Origin: Verrucomicrobiota bacterium
GTDB taxonomy: Bacteria; Verrucomicrobiota; Verrucomicrobiia; Limisphaerales; AAA164-E04
Direction: 5' to 3'
Assembly: GCA_047947115.1 (NCBI GenBank)
Contig: CP170459.1
Location: 1,952,001 to 2,016,000 of the forward strand
Length of the DNA: 64,000 nt
Shown piece after piece: positions 48,939-59,436 of this stretch (positions are counted from its first letter, which is position 1; every line of letters begins with the position of its first letter). Under the pieces are notes generated by a model. That model saw nothing but the letters and a program-made list of their open reading frames with translations, was not told the DNA's origin and searched no databases. Position numbers and translations under genes: made by a program.

Positions 48939-49136
48939 AGCCCCGCTCTCCGATCGCCCGGCCCTCGTTTTGAAAGCCATTCTCAATCGACGACACGGAA
49001 AAGGATGTTAAATCGGGGGGAGACAGTGCAGACGAGGCTTCCAAATCAATAAATACCCATATATCCGTGAGTTCTTTATGTTGATTGCAAATTGATGTTT
49101 GCATCCTGTTATCCAATGAGGAACGGTGTTCAGTAA

Positions 49137-49850
49137 ATGTATCCTTTTCTATCCAAACAACACACAGTTATGCGTGGGTTTACCTTGATTGAGTTGCTGG
49201 TGGTGATTGCCATTATTTCCATTCTCGCCGGTATGTTGCTGCCGGCTCTTTCCAAGGCAAAAGGAAAAGCCAATGCCATCAAGTGCCTCAGTAATGAGAG
49301 GCAGTTGCACTTGGCTGTTCAGATGTATATTGATGATCACGATGACCAGTTTCCACCACGTATTTCAGGGCAAGCCAACTGGGTTTCCTCGCTCAAGTCA
49401 TACTATATGGCGAGTGGTGTCGTAAAATGTCCTTCAGATGGTTTGTTTGCTTCTCACAGTTATTTGATCAACGGGTTCAATGATTATTTTGCCGTAAAGC
49501 TTTCCGCAGAAGAGTTCGCAGAATACAAAAAATGGAAATGGCCCATCGGCATGAAAATGTCTGCCATTCCTCAACCATCCGATACCATAACATTTGGGGA
49601 AAAGCGGAAATCCTCTCCGCATGCACATATGGATTTCTACCAAGGGGAGGGAAATGATGTGCAGGAGATTGACCAAGCCAAGCATGGTGGCGGCCAAACT
49701 GATGTCAGTGGCGGTTCCAATTATGCGTTCGCAGATGGGAGTGTGCGTTTCATGAAATACGGGACAACCCTGAGCCCAGAGAACTTGTGGGCCGTCACCG
49801 ATGTTTGGAGAAATGCTCCATCTCCGCTTGAATCGTCAAAAAATCCCTAG
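49137..49850 (+). CDS. Prepilin-type N-terminal cleavage/methylation protein with an H-X9-DG-like C-terminal domain (DUF1559-like)
   Basis: [39 protein letters not shown]...[11 protein letters not shown]. Confidence 0.92.
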   Translation: MYPFLSKQHTVMRGFTLIELLVVIAIISILAGMLLPALSKAKGKANAIKCLSNERQLHLAVQMYIDDHDDQFPPRISGQANWVSSLKSYYMASGVVKCPSDGLFASHSYLINGFNDYFAVKLSAEEFAEYKKWKWPIGMKMSAIPQPSDTITFGEKRKSSPHAHMDFYQGEGNDVQEIDQAKHGGGQTDVSGGSNYAFADGSVRFMKYGTTLSPENLWAVTDVWRNAPSPLESSKNP

Positions 49851-49952
49851 AGAAGTTGCCAATCCATTTCCTGAGTTTCTGTTTTCTCGCGCCCTTTTCA
49901 GGACGCTGTGACACTGGTTTTTCAAACGAGTTTTCTTGGTTAGTATTCTGTT

Positions 49953-52900
49953 TTACGGTGTCCAGATCAGTCGGTAGAATTGGCCTTGGATGTTCTTATC
50001 GATTGGGAGAAGGAATTCCAGTGGTCCGGGTTCAATGGTGATGAATTGGTCCACCGTTTTCCAGTTTGGTTGAGCTAGATTTTCGGTGGTCTGTATTTCA
50101 AGGTGAACATTGGCGGCAGCTTGGATGGTCCATTGCATGGCTCCTTCTTCCGTGATGCTTATGTATGTCAACGGGGGCTCCAGTTCCAATTGTCCGGGCG
50201 ATCCATGGAAGAGGGAGCTTGCGCTCCAGCTGGAAGTTTGATTGATCAGGGATTGTAAAGCCATGAAATCTTCCGGCAGATCCAGAGGGTTGCTCAATTC
50301 CAATGAGCTGCCAAGTCCGTCAGCGAGTTCCGGCCATCCATTGTCATCCCCGAAATGAACTTCCGTGATCAACGTGCTGTTCGCTCCCCATAGTTGGATA
50401 CGTTCGCCCGCGTCACTTAATCTTCCGGACCACTGACCGATGACTCGAATGTTGGGATGGAAATAAGGGGAGGTTTCGTCCTGATATCGTTCCGCAAATG
50501 CATCCACATTTTCAACAATCACCGCAATGCCCCCTCCTGCCAGATGGGTTTGATCGGGAAAGGTGAACGTGATGGCATCGGCGAAGCGATGGTTCGACAG
50601 ATCCAATGCGCGTGTGGTTCGGTTCAGTATTTCGATGAATTCATATTCATCTGGTCCATCGGGATTATATTGAATTTCGGTGATCAGGATGTCACCTGGT
50701 TGCGGAGGCTGCGGTACTTCGGAGAAAAAGAATACTTCGGACAGAGCGCTCCATGTCCTTCCGTCAAACGCGCGGGCTTTGAAGTGGGTGTCGCTTGGAA
50801 AGGAGAAGGAAAGCGAGGCATCGGTCGCGCTTTGAAGCCATGCATCGAAGCGGAGGTCGGAACTCGTGGGGGATGCCTGGTGGACTTCGACAGCGAGAAG
50901 ATTAGCACCTTCTCTCAGCATGGATGCGGGCAGGTTAAAAGTGCGGATGGCAGTCTCGTCCGCTCCCCCAGCGGCAGATGATGCTCGGGTGTCCGAAGCG
51001 ACTGGTCCTTCGGGCATGTTGTCACGCGCCACCTCACGTCCATTCAGGTAGATCACCGCTCCATCATCCCTCACCAGATTCAACTCCAGCCGTTGGATGC
51101 CCGAAGGGTCGGACGCATCGAACGTTTGTCGAAAGTAGTAACTGATGGCTTTACTACTGGAGTCGCCTCCGAAATCCAATGTGGTGCTCATGCCTTCGTC
51201 TCCATATCCTAATGGAGCATTGCCCTGGTCCCAACCGGAATCATCAAAGGTGCTGGATGCCCATCCTGTACCAGGAATTTCTCCACCGTCCAGATAGCGC
51301 CAGGTTGATTGGGGGGGGACAAGTGTTGCGTTGGATGCCCCGTTGGCGCGGCGAATTTGGGCTGTCGGAGAAACGTTTCCTCCGGGCAATCTGGGGTCTG
51401 AACCGTCGAGGGTGTAGTATAAATCACCTGAAGTGAGATGAATGCCGATCGACTGATCAGAAGGAAGTATTTCTCCCTGTTGACTGAATTCAGGCGCCGA
51501 CACGGTTGGATACAATCGACGTCGTTCCAGTCGCTGTCTCAATTGGTCTGCATTTGCCGGCAGGATCTGTTCGATAGCATCGTTTGCCGCTCTTTCCCAA
51601 TCGTTCGGATTTCGAAATCCCCATCTTGCGCATTCTGCCACGAGGCTGTCCTTAATCTCTTCCATGCGCTGACGCAGGCGTTCGGCGTTCCGATCCCCTG
51701 TGAGTGCTCCGTTGTTGAAGAGGTGCAGATGAATACGGTCTGCCAACAGGGTCATGAAATCAGGATGGCGTTCAGATACCAATGCACCGAAGATGTCTGC
51801 CGGACCAGGGTTGCCCGTCCGGTCTGAAGCCGAACGAATGTGTCCATCCGCGTCACCCAGCCAGAATTTGAAACCTGTTCCAGCTTCGACGGGGCCGGCT
51901 GCGCGGTATTCGGTTTCGGCATTGCCCAGATTCCACATCAGCATAAAATCGATCAGGTGGGGGATATCGACCCAATGACGAACACGTTCGTAGTCTCCTT
52001 TGAATTGCAGCACATTTTCCCATGGTGTTCGATTGGCGGGATCGGGCGTGCCCAAAACGAACGAACTGCCCACATTGTCGTTGCCTCTAATATTGACATA
52101 GTCTTCGGTCTGGCCTCCCAGATAATCGGCAAGGAAGGCGTCGGTCACTCGTTCGCGGGCATGATATTGTCCCCAGTATTCACCGTTGAAATAGAGGTGG
52201 ACGAATCGTCCGTGGGGATTGAGCGCTCCCATTTCAAGCATGGTGTCTTCGCTGAATCGCGCCGACATGTAAAATCCGCGCGAATTCATATCGTGCCCCC
52301 CCCCGCGCAGGTCGATCTCGTCAAAGGCGTCCACAGCGGGTATTCCGTGATCGAAACCTTCGAACAGGGGGAGTTCGAGCTTTCGATTTCCATACTCGGG
52401 GCGAAATTTCAGTCGATAGTTTTTCTTTGTAAAATCCGTCCATGCGCCACCGAAACGTTTGACGCCTGCATTGGATTGGATGATGGAATCGTCTGGCATG
52501 AACACTTCCACCGAGGCTTCGCGTTCGTTCCAGTCATCGGGTAGCTCGGGAACCGATATGGAAATCACCGGCAGGTCCCTTAATCCCTTGCGAATGCGCG
52601 CTGCAAAGGAGGCATTTCCGGTGAGGGTGCGGTTCATGTTCGATGCGTTCAGGGTGTCCTCGACCGAAAGGTAAGAGTGGGTTTGTACCGTTGGTGATTT
52701 GTAACCCTCGCGTAAGACTGTTGCCCGCACGCTTGCGTTTCCGTTGATGCGAAGAGGGCGGGTATATGCCTGTGATGGGAATGATCCGTTGGTTGAGAAC
52801 AGAATCTGCGCGGTTTCGTCCGGGTGGCTGAGTGTCAGGTTGATCGGAATTTCCTGGAACCCTCTGGTGTGACTGAACTCGACGGGGGGGAGCCAACCTT

Positions 52901-55900
52901 GATAGCTTGTTGCCACGTTGGCGGCTTCGGGTGTGGGTTCCAAAAATGCCCACCCCCCGGTCAGTGTGCGTCCGAAGGTGAGATCGTGTCGTTGTTTCGG
53001 GTAGTTCTGGATTTGATCCCATACGGTGGTTCCATCCGGCGCGGTCAATTGGATGCTTTCGCCATCTGCGTTCAATGAAAAGTTTGCATGCAGGTGTCCT
53101 TTGGTATCTCGTGTTTCCGATCTGGAGGAGGCGAAGATGACGAGGTAGGCATGAGGTTCCAAGATAATGTCGTTAGGTAAGATCCATTTCATGGGGGCAT
53201 CCGGATCGTCACTTAATCCACAGCCAGCAAGGGAAAGGGAAGTGTTGTTCGGGTTGTGCAGTTCTATCCAATCACTTGTATCTCCGAAGCCATCACGCAT
53301 GGATGTCTGGTTGTCCGCCATGAATTCTGTGATGCGGGGTGGCAAAGGCTGTTGGTTGACCGTTGCCGTTACGTGACGTACTTCAGTTCTGCCAAACAAC
53401 CCGCCCACGAATGTGTATTCGATGCTTTGGGAAGGCGTGATCGTGTGGTAACCGATACCATTCGGCTCGGTGAAAATTCCCAGGGAGATTCCAGCTGGGT
53501 AAAGCGTTAGATAACGCAATCCTTCTTGTTGCCAGGTCAGGGTGGTTTCGTTGCCGCTGGTGATCTCGGGGGCATCAATCGAAGCCTGGAGCAATCCAAC
53601 GTTGCTGGTATTCAGACCAAATGCCTGCAGTTCCTTCAGACCGAGATGCCAGGACACACCCGGAGGATCGGAACGTTCCTTGTTCTCATAACCTACGCGG
53701 ATATAGCGTGCGTTGATCGGACCGGGCAGGGAAACGTCAAAGAACTCCGAAGTGCCTCCGAGGTGAAGTGAGTAGATCGAATCATGAGCCGCATCAAAGA
53801 GTCGAACCGTGGCATGTGTCATTCGGCGTTGAAATCCGTCCTCGGGAATGACACGTACCAAGGTCAGTGCTTTCTCAGTGCCCAGGTCGGTTTCCCAATA
53901 GGCGTCGACGGTTCGTTCGGTGGATTCGGTGTGGGTGTTGTATTGTCCATCGTTTCCATTGGATGCCGGCGGAAGATTATCCACAAGTCGGACCATGTAG
54001 GCGTCTTTGTTCAGGGCAAAGTTTTCGGAGGAGAACAGCATTACTTCTGCGAGCGAAATGATGTGATTGCCCGCCCCGTTGGTGGATCCATCGGGCAGAC
54101 TGATTCGAATGGATTTTCCTTGTGTGTTCGGTGGTGTGTAGAAGGTCCACACACCTTGGCTACCGGGGTTTTCGGACTGTGCGCTGGCGACGGTTAAGGA
54201 TGTCTCATCGAGGACTTCCACTAAAAGACCGTCCAGTTGTCGACTGCTTGCATTTCCCGGGGGGCTGACCAGTTCGATGTGGTGGATGGCTCTGGTACGA
54301 TCAAGAGTCAGTAACCATTGAGATCCTGGCGTGTCACTGGTTTGGCTGAAGGTCTCAAGCTTGCCATCAATGGCAAGCTTAGCCGGTTCCACACTGCCAG
54401 CGCCTTCATGAATTGCCACCGCGATGGCGTCCAGCTGAATGGGGCCGATGGCAGGCATGGGGTCTCCGAACATTTGAATTTCCCCAATAGCGATTCGATG
54501 ATCCCCCAGAGCGTTGGTGCTTCCTGCGGGAAGTTCCAAACGCACCCATTGAACATAAACTTCGCCGGGAATATTCTCCGACCAGAGGCCCCCGGACCTT
54601 GATGTGTAAGGTGTGGATTCGTAAAGGATTTGATCCATCAAACTACCTGCCTTTAGAACGGTGTTCTGCAATACCCCAGCCAAGCTTGTCAGGATAGGGG
54701 GGGAAATTTCCACTCGCGTGATGAGTGTGGGTTTTTCAAATCGGTATTCCCAGAAGGTGCCGGGAACGTTGGGGGATTCGCTGTAGGTATTTGAGCGTTG
54801 ATCGAAGGCAAGTTGCGCATTGCTATTCGAATTATCGTGTGGACCATGGATTGCACTTCCGGACCTTGCCAGATCAATGGGCAAATCGGCCCGTGCTTCG
54901 AGTGGATCAAATGTATCGAACGTCCACTCCAGAGAGGAGGATCGTCCGGCGTCATCGGATGCCTCCGCCTTGGCTGTGTAAAATTGATTGGATTCCAGTG
55001 GAAGGGAGTAAGTTGCGGTTCGGGTTGTTGTTGTGCCTGAGAGATTGAGTGATGCGGATACGTTCTCGCCGTTCAGGAACAATCGAATGTTTTGCGCCGG
55101 TATTTCATTGGGAGCTGCAGTGGAAACACTGAACCCAAGGCCTCCATCGATCGGATGAAATTCTGACTGATCCGCGGGAAACACCTCCCGGATGGCTGGT
55201 GCTTGTTGCGCGACTGGAATGGCCAAGTCCATGGGAGAACTACCTGAAGACAGTTTTTTGATTTGTTCTTCCGTCAGGGAAACACCAAATATCCCCAGAT
55301 CATCCACCAGTCCATGGAACGCGTATTGAGGTTCGGTAGGAGATTGACCGACGACCAGCCCGGTCCAGTCCGTCAACAGAGGATCGGCGCCGGATGTCTG
55401 GTCCAGTGCAAGTTCTCCGTTGACCCAAACCTGCTTCGCGCCTCCTTTCTTAATCAGGGCGACATGGTGCCATGCACCCCAATCGATACCGGTTATGCCT
55501 CCGTTTAATCGTTTGGCGGGAGTATCACAGCAGCCGGAGGTATCGAAATAAATTGTTCCATTTCCCCAGGGTACATGGGCTTGGAACCCGCGGTCACCTG
55601 AGCCAGACGAGGGCGAAGTGAACCAGACTGATGCGCTGTTGGCAATCTGGCCGTCCTGCCAACGTTGCCAGAAAGTTACGGACAGTTGATCCTCCGCGTT
55701 GGTCGTATTCAGTCGTTTGACCAAATCACTTCCTTCTGGAGATTCCGACACCAGAATCGCATGCGTGGGATTCTCTGCGGAACCTGAGGCGCCCAAGTCA
55801 AGTGCCCGATCCCCGGGCGCCCCGCTGCGTCCACGGCGGTCCGAGGTGTAAGCTGCGTCACCGTTGAACTCGAGCGGAGCACCGTTGCTTGCATCGATAC

Positions 55901-56039
55901 TTCGTTTTGGATTGGATGGGTCGTTGAAATCCCAAACTGCCAGTAGGGCATCTGGATCAAGTAACTCCGCCGCAGGCATGGTGCACAACAAGCAACATCC
56001 CCACAGCACGCATAGCATGGACAATCGTGGTATTCTCAT
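49953..56039 (-). CDS. Giant secreted multidomain protein: LamG-like, discoidin/F5-8-like repeats, lamin-tail domains, CotH kinase, chitobiase/FN3-associated segments
   Basis: Signal peptide; WHHVAL (LamG); ITEFMADN...SDWIELHN and ITEIQYNP...EFIEILN (lamin tail); HGRFVHLYFNGEYWGQY...ER (CotH); YYTLDGSDP; YFRQTF...RDDGAVIYLNG.EV. Confidence 0.88.
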   Translation of the reverse strand: MRIPRLSMLCVLWGCCLLCTMPAAELLDPDALLAVWDFNDPSNPKRSIDASNGAPLEFNGDAAYTSDRRGRSGAPGDRALDLGASGSAENPTHAILVSESPEGSDLVKRLNTTNAEDQLSVTFWQRWQDGQIANSASVWFTSPSSGSGDRGFQAHVPWGNGTIYFDTSGCCDTPAKRLNGGITGIDWGAWHHVALIKKGGAKQVWVNGELALDQTSGADPLLTDWTGLVVGQSPTEPQYAFHGLVDDLGIFGVSLTEEQIKKLSSGSSPMDLAIPVAQQAPAIREVFPADQSEFHPIDGGLGFSVSTAAPNEIPAQNIRLFLNGENVSASLNLSGTTTTRTATYSLPLESNQFYTAKAEASDDAGRSSSLEWTFDTFDPLEARADLPIDLARSGSAIHGPHDNSNSNAQLAFDQRSNTYSESPNVPGTFWEYRFEKPTLITRVEISPPILTSLAGVLQNTVLKAGSLMDQILYESTPYTSRSGGLWSENIPGEVYVQWVRLELPAGSTNALGDHRIAIGEIQMFGDPMPAIGPIQLDAIAVAIHEGAGSVEPAKLAIDGKLETFSQTSDTPGSQWLLTLDRTRAIHHIELVSPPGNASSRQLDGLLVEVLDETSLTVASAQSENPGSQGVWTFYTPPNTQGKSIRISLPDGSTNGAGNHIISLAEVMLFSSENFALNKDAYMVRLVDNLPPASNGNDGQYNTHTESTERTVDAYWETDLGTEKALTLVRVIPEDGFQRRMTHATVRLFDAAHDSIYSLHLGGTSEFFDVSLPGPINARYIRVGYENKERSDPPGVSWHLGLKELQAFGLNTSNVGLLQASIDAPEITSGNETTLTWQQEGLRYLTLYPAGISLGIFTEPNGIGYHTITPSQSIEYTFVGGLFGRTEVRHVTATVNQQPLPPRITEFMADNQTSMRDGFGDTSDWIELHNPNNTSLSLAGCGLSDDPDAPMKWILPNDIILEPHAYLVIFASSRSETRDTKGHLHANFSLNADGESIQLTAPDGTTVWDQIQNYPKQRHDLTFGRTLTGGWAFLEPTPEAANVATSYQGWLPPVEFSHTRGFQEIPINLTLSHPDETAQILFSTNGSFPSQAYTRPLRINGNASVRATVLREGYKSPTVQTHSYLSVEDTLNASNMNRTLTGNASFAARIRKGLRDLPVISISVPELPDDWNEREASVEVFMPDDSIIQSNAGVKRFGGAWTDFTKKNYRLKFRPEYGNRKLELPLFEGFDHGIPAVDAFDEIDLRGGGHDMNSRGFYMSARFSEDTMLEMGALNPHGRFVHLYFNGEYWGQYHARERVTDAFLADYLGGQTEDYVNIRGNDNVGSSFVLGTPDPANRTPWENVLQFKGDYERVRHWVDIPHLIDFMLMWNLGNAETEYRAAGPVEAGTGFKFWLGDADGHIRSASDRTGNPGPADIFGALVSERHPDFMTLLADRIHLHLFNNGALTGDRNAERLRQRMEEIKDSLVAECARWGFRNPNDWERAANDAIEQILPANADQLRQRLERRRLYPTVSAPEFSQQGEILPSDQSIGIHLTSGDLYYTLDGSDPRLPGGNVSPTAQIRRANGASNATLVPPQSTWRYLDGGEIPGTGWASSTFDDSGWDQGNAPLGYGDEGMSTTLDFGGDSSSKAISYYFRQTFDASDPSGIQRLELNLVRDDGAVIYLNGREVARDNMPEGPVASDTRASSAAGGADETAIRTFNLPASMLREGANLLAVEVHQASPTSSDLRFDAWLQSATDASLSFSFPSDTHFKARAFDGRTWSALSEVFFFSEVPQPPQPGDILITEIQYNPDGPDEYEFIEILNRTTRALDLSNHRFADAITFTFPDQTHLAGGGIAVIVENVDAFAERYQDETSPYFHPNIRVIGQWSGRLSDAGERIQLWGANSTLITEVHFGDDNGWPELADGLGSSLELSNPLDLPEDFMALQSLINQTSSWSASSLFHGSPGQLELEPPLTYISITEEGAMQWTIQAAANVHLEIQTTENLAQPNWKTVDQFITIEPGPLEFLLPIDKNIQGQFYRLIWTP

Positions 56040-56336
56040 GATCTGTATTTTGAGAATACCTAGCAGAATGCATGCCGACACGCGAGTATCTCATCCAGTC
56101 TGTAAGTCTGAGGAACTCCTACTGCCGAAGTTCGCCCACTGATTTCGGCGAAACACCGCGGATTTTGAGTTCCATTATCGCTCCTGCAGACAGGGTGGGA
56201 CGATCAGGGGGATTGGCTGCCCGGATCAATAAAAACCCAGCTTACATTTGAGTAAAGGAGGGTGTTGCCTCGCCTGTTAAGAATTGCTTTAGGAAGTGGG
56301 TGGTGGTTGTACCCACCTCAATCTTTGTAATATGGG

Positions 56337-57341
56337 TTAGGATGCAGAAGCCATGCTGGGTTGTCTTGGGGTTTTGGCTTCGATTTCTTTCAGGACATGG
56401 TCTGTTGTGATCCCTTCGGCTTCGGCTTCAAAGTTGGGAATGAGACGGTGCCTCAAGGTTGGAAGAATCGATTTCTGTATGTCGTCGAAACTCACGTTGA
56501 AGCGTCCTTCTTTCAGGGCGCGCACCTTAGCGGCCAGGATCAGTGTTTGCGCACCGCGCGGGCTGCTGCCGAACCGGAGGTATTGATTGGTGATGTCCGC
56601 CGCCGTTTCGGTTTGCGGGTGAGTGGCGAGGATCAGGCGTACGGCGTAGTCTTTGACGTGTTCGGGCACGGGGACTTGTCGGACCAGGCCCTGGTATTCA
56701 TTGATTTTGCTGCCGTCCAGGATGTTGTTCACCTCGATCTTGCGTCCCTCGGTGGTTCGGTTGATGACTTCGGTCAATTCGTCGCCGGATGGATAGGTCA
56801 CAACGAGCTTGAAGAAAAAGCGATCCAACTGTGCTTCCGGCAACGGGTAAGTGCCCTCCTGGTCGATCGGATTTTGAGTGGCCAGGACGAAGAAGGGGCT
56901 GATCAGTTTTCGGATCTCTCCGCCTGCGGTTACGCTGCGCTCCTGCATGGCTTCGAGCATCGCTGATTGCGTTTTGGGGGTGGCACGGTTGATTTCGTCC
57001 GCCAGCACCAGGTGAGCGAAAATGGGGCCTTTCTGGAACTGAAACTCTTTGCGACCCTCGGCGTTTTCAACAACGAGGTTTGTACCCAGGATGTCGGCAG
57101 GCATCAGGTCCGGCGTGAACTGTATGCGGCTGAAGGAAAGGTCCAGCGCTTCACTGAGAGTTCGTACCAACAACGTTTTGCCCAGACCGGGTACGCCTTC
57201 AAGGAGGACATGCCCGCCGGCAAACACGGCGATCAGGGTGCCGTCGACAATGTCTTCATGTCCGACGATGACTTTGCCGATTTCCGATTTCAGTTGCGTG
57301 TAGTCATTGCGAAAGTGACTGATCTTTTCCTCGATGCTCAT
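56337..57341 (-). CDS. moxR: MoxR-family AAA+ ATPase
   Basis: HVLLEGVPGLGKT, RIQFTPDLMPAD, LADEINRATPKTQSA, ATQNP..QEGTYPLPEAQLDRF, SPRG, LRHR. Confidence 0.95.
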   Translation of the reverse strand: MSIEEKISHFRNDYTQLKSEIGKVIVGHEDIVDGTLIAVFAGGHVLLEGVPGLGKTLLVRTLSEALDLSFSRIQFTPDLMPADILGTNLVVENAEGRKEFQFQKGPIFAHLVLADEINRATPKTQSAMLEAMQERSVTAGGEIRKLISPFFVLATQNPIDQEGTYPLPEAQLDRFFFKLVVTYPSGDELTEVINRTTEGRKIEVNNILDGSKINEYQGLVRQVPVPEHVKDYAVRLILATHPQTETAADITNQYLRFGSSPRGAQTLILAAKVRALKEGRFNVSFDDIQKSILPTLRHRLIPNFEAEAEGITTDHVLKEIEAKTPRQPSMASAS

Positions 57342-57368
57342 TTTGTTTTCTTAGATTCCCGTGATTCG

Positions 57369-59297
57369 TTACTGCTTGAGGTCGTCAAAGTAATCCCGCA
57401 CCGAGTTTTGATAGGCTCGCGGAACGCGTTGTTGACTCAGTGCGCTTTCAGCGTCTGTCTGTGCCGATGTGACGGTCTCTGTGAATTCGACCTCACTTTG
57501 CCCCTTGATGCTCAATCCTCGCAGGGTAATGCTTGGCATGGGCGCTCCCGGGTTGAACTGGCCTTTGACCTTGGTGGGGGTCAGACCGGGAGCCAGTTCG
57601 CCTTCACCCCGGTTGGTGTGGCCCCTGCCATCCATGTCGGGACGTTCTATTCCAGAGTTGTCAAAGCTCGCCTGACCTGGGTCGCGATACATGAAATCGC
57701 CGCCTTCTTCGCCCCATGTGCCGACGCCTTGGCCTGGTTTGCTACCTGGTTTAAAACCCGGGCTGCTGCATTGACCCCATCCCATGCAGTTGCCGACACA
57801 CATGGATGCTTTCATGAGGTTGTCCAGGCTGGCCATGAGGGATTGCATGTCGCCGTATTGATCCATGAGCTTCTGCAACTCTTCGGCGGCAGCCATCAGT
57901 GATTTGGCGGCCTCTGCTTTTTGGCCATTCTTCAACTGCTGATCGGCCTGTTTGAGGAAATCCTGAACCTTGCCATAGTCGGCCGCTTCCGGGATGGCTT
58001 TTTGCAATTCCTGGAGCATTTTTTCCAGATCCTCCTGCGAAAGTTCTCCGGACTGAAGTTGTTTGGCCTTCTCGAGGAGGTTTTGTTTGGCGAACATGGC
58101 TTGGCCTTTTTCAAGTTGCTCTGCAAGGTCCTTGCCGATCTGGCTCATTTGCATTTGGAGGTTTTGCAGTTGCTTGGCCATTTGAAGCATCTTGTCCAGG
58201 TCGACTTGGGCCTGATTCAGGTCTTTGAGAAGCTTCTCGATATCGCCTGCTTTCAAGTTGTTGAGAGCGGCTTCGATTTGCTCTGAATTCAATCCCATCT
58301 GAGCAGCCTGCTGAGCCATGTCGCTGAGTTGTTGTGCAAGGGATTGTTTCATTTGTTCGCTCATGCCTCCTTCGGAATCCTGCATACCTTGCACGGCTTT
58401 TTGGAGTGCGTCGAGTTTGCGCTGCATTTCCTGCATGGCTGCCTGACTTGCCATTTTTTCACCGAGCTGACGTTTCAGGTCTTCCATTTTTTTCTGCATG
58501 GCGCTCATGGTCTCTGAAGGAGCGGAGCCATTGGGTTGGCGTGCTGCTTTCTGCATGCGTTTGAGCGCGGGGTTTTGATCCAGAGAGGTGTGCTCCTTTT
58601 TCAGCATTTCCGTGACGGATGCGATATCTTTGAGGGCGTTGTCACGGGTTAGTTTTGCCTTGGAAAGTTTGGTGCCCAGTTCGTCCACTTTCTGCATGGC
58701 CGTTTCGGTGGGTTGCAGGGCGGGGGGACGTTCTTTGATTTCCTGACGGATGAATTTAACCAGATGTTCGCCGCTGCTCTTGATGTGGGCTTTTTCCTTT
58801 TTCTCCTGCAGGTAAGCTTCGGTGCGGTATTCCGGGACAAATCCCAGTCCTGCGCTCAATGCCAACACCATGACCGACCATTTGGCCAGCGACGGCAGGT
58901 TGAAGGAGATCAGGCTTTTGGGATGCACACGATCCAGGAATTGTTGGGCATCTTTCATGATGAATCCGCCCCACTCTTCTTTGCCGTCAAATTCCAGGGC
59001 TGCAGTGAAGCGTTCCTTGAGTCCGCATTGCTCATCCACCCATTGGGCGGTTTCTGCCAGATTGATGGGCTTGAGCAAGGGCCAAACAAACCTGGCCAGG
59101 GCAAAACCTCCCCACGCCATGCCGGCCCATCCCAGGGTGAAGAATGGAATGGGTAATAGTTTGAAAGTGATGAGAGTGGTCAACCATAGCAATGCCCCCC
59201 AGAAAAACCCCTTCCAAAGTCCGGTCCATGCCTCACGCCATCTGCGGCGGCTGGCGGCTCGTTTCAGTTTCTCTTCGATATGTTTACGATCTTTCAT
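57369..59297 (-). CDS. Membrane-anchored Gln/Met-rich coiled-coil protein (DUF4175-like), probable MoxR partner
   Basis: N-terminal TMs with LKERFTAALEF; long coiled coil; Gly-rich region; C-terminal VPRAYQNSVRDYF; 27 bp upstream of moxR. Confidence 0.78.
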   Translation of the reverse strand: MKDRKHIEEKLKRAASRRRWREAWTGLWKGFFWGALLWLTTLITFKLLPIPFFTLGWAGMAWGGFALARFVWPLLKPINLAETAQWVDEQCGLKERFTAALEFDGKEEWGGFIMKDAQQFLDRVHPKSLISFNLPSLAKWSVMVLALSAGLGFVPEYRTEAYLQEKKEKAHIKSSGEHLVKFIRQEIKERPPALQPTETAMQKVDELGTKLSKAKLTRDNALKDIASVTEMLKKEHTSLDQNPALKRMQKAARQPNGSAPSETMSAMQKKMEDLKRQLGEKMASQAAMQEMQRKLDALQKAVQGMQDSEGGMSEQMKQSLAQQLSDMAQQAAQMGLNSEQIEAALNNLKAGDIEKLLKDLNQAQVDLDKMLQMAKQLQNLQMQMSQIGKDLAEQLEKGQAMFAKQNLLEKAKQLQSGELSQEDLEKMLQELQKAIPEAADYGKVQDFLKQADQQLKNGQKAEAAKSLMAAAEELQKLMDQYGDMQSLMASLDNLMKASMCVGNCMGWGQCSSPGFKPGSKPGQGVGTWGEEGGDFMYRDPGQASFDNSGIERPDMDGRGHTNRGEGELAPGLTPTKVKGQFNPGAPMPSITLRGLSIKGQSEVEFTETVTSAQTDAESALSQQRVPRAYQNSVRDYFDDLKQ

Positions 59298-59436
59298 GAC
59301 GGCTTGTAGCAACTATGCCTGATCCCAAAAGGATGGCCAGTGAAAATTTTTGGCTTATTTCATCGCCTGAGGCTTTGGAACCTTCTTTAATACACCACTT
59401 AGCAACGCTTGTTTCAGTCTATTTACCAGTCCGATT

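Noticed and set aside
49680..49745. H-X16-DG spacing instead of H-X9-DG in the prepilin-like protein
   Set aside because: It is a Gly-rich loop insertion in a variable region of a large paralogous family; not informative alone.
5702..57902. Long antisense or alternative-frame ORFs (e.g. 5702-6979, 16015-17235, 39307-40539, 40579-41541, 56967-57902)
   Set aside because: They are shadows of well-supported genes on the opposite strand (thrS, smc, secA, moxR and its partner) and show no motifs.
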